From a candidate division WOR-3 bacterium (GTDB taxonomy: Bacteria; Hydrothermota; Tepidihabitantia; B3-TA06), in assembly GCA_965649265.1 (NCBI GenBank), contig CBFGKC010000022.1, forward strand, positions 1 to 25,228: a DNA stretch of 25,228 nt. Direction: 5' to 3'. Both the position numbers and the translations under genes were made by a program. Below the pieces are notes generated by a model, which had not been told where the DNA came from, made no database searches, and saw only the letters and a list, made by a program, of their open reading frames with translations. Every line of letters begins with the position of its first letter. Position 1 is the first letter of the stretch. Positions 24,843-25,228 of the stretch are shown in pieces.

Positions 24843-24882
24843 TTACCCTATGAAATCGCTTCGCGCATGCACGGGGACCCCG
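24843..24882. repeat. Degenerate intergenic copy (E5) of the 40-bp palindromic element
   Basis: tta-ccctatgaa-at-cgc-ttc-gcg-ca-tgcacgggg-accccg; same length and tail as E1/E2. Confidence 0.65.
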
Positions 24883-24997
24883 ACGACTTTTAGAAAAAGT
24901 CGTTCAGAAGTTTTCCTTCGATATAAAAACAGCAAGGGAAAACTTTCAAGCTGCCGCCCTGCGGCAGCCGGTCAGGTTTAACCGAGCGCGTCAGAAA

Positions 24998-25006
24998 TGT
25001 GGATAA
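24998..25006 (-). promoter_or_regulatory. Consensus DnaA box
   Basis: TGTGGATAA on + equals TTATCCACA on minus; single copy, function unproven. Confidence 0.4.
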
Positions 25007-25008
25007 CT

Positions 25009-25054
25009 AAGTGGGACAAAAGTGGGACAGAAAATCGGCCAAAAAAGTGGGACA
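25009..25054 (+). repeat. Three exact AAGTGGGACA direct repeats
   Basis: At 25009-25018, 25020-25029 and 25045-25054. Confidence 0.85.
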
Positions 25055-25228
25055 ATTCGAGAGAAAGTGCGCACGTTCGCGGGTTAGAAGCCGAAACCTT
25101 AAACGGGCGATTTTTGGGCTTTTTTCTGCCCCAATAGAATGCCGGGATCATTTTTTTTGACCACAAGGCGAGAGAACTTTGAGTTATCGGGAAGATCATA
25201 TAAGGGACATTTTCGTGAAGACGAAAAT

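Noticed and set aside
24978-25199. 73-aa minus-strand ORF
   Set aside because: No SD or motif; runs through repeats and homopolymer tracts

Overview
Bacterial chromosomal window with no rRNA, tRNA, transposase or cas genes. The secreted protease with a FlgD/T9SS-like tail hints at an FCB-group or related candidate lineage (weak inference). Gene order: alpha/beta hydrolase; TPR lipoprotein and S8 protease; rocD; an array of 11 paralogous ~192-aa stand-alone H-NOX-like/V4R-type genes (ten intact; an eleventh frameshifted and separated from the rest by a circularly permuted GH114/TM1410-like lipoprotein); AlkD-like gene; four class I SAM methyltransferases; NSS symporter; AsnB-like ligase without the N-terminal Cys; ZAS anti-sigma/ECF sigma pair. 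Highlights: (1) the orphan V4R array, five copies of which have their own leaderless promoter; (2) a trp-like attenuator with a leaderless 39-codon uORF upstream of the methyltransferases; (3) a 40-bp hairpin repeat with compensatory changes, read in frame in methyltransferase N-termini; (4) a candidate ECF-dependent sRNA behind the anti-sigma gene; (5) a recurring 16-nt promoter spacer. All family calls come from motif recognition by eye, not database searches.
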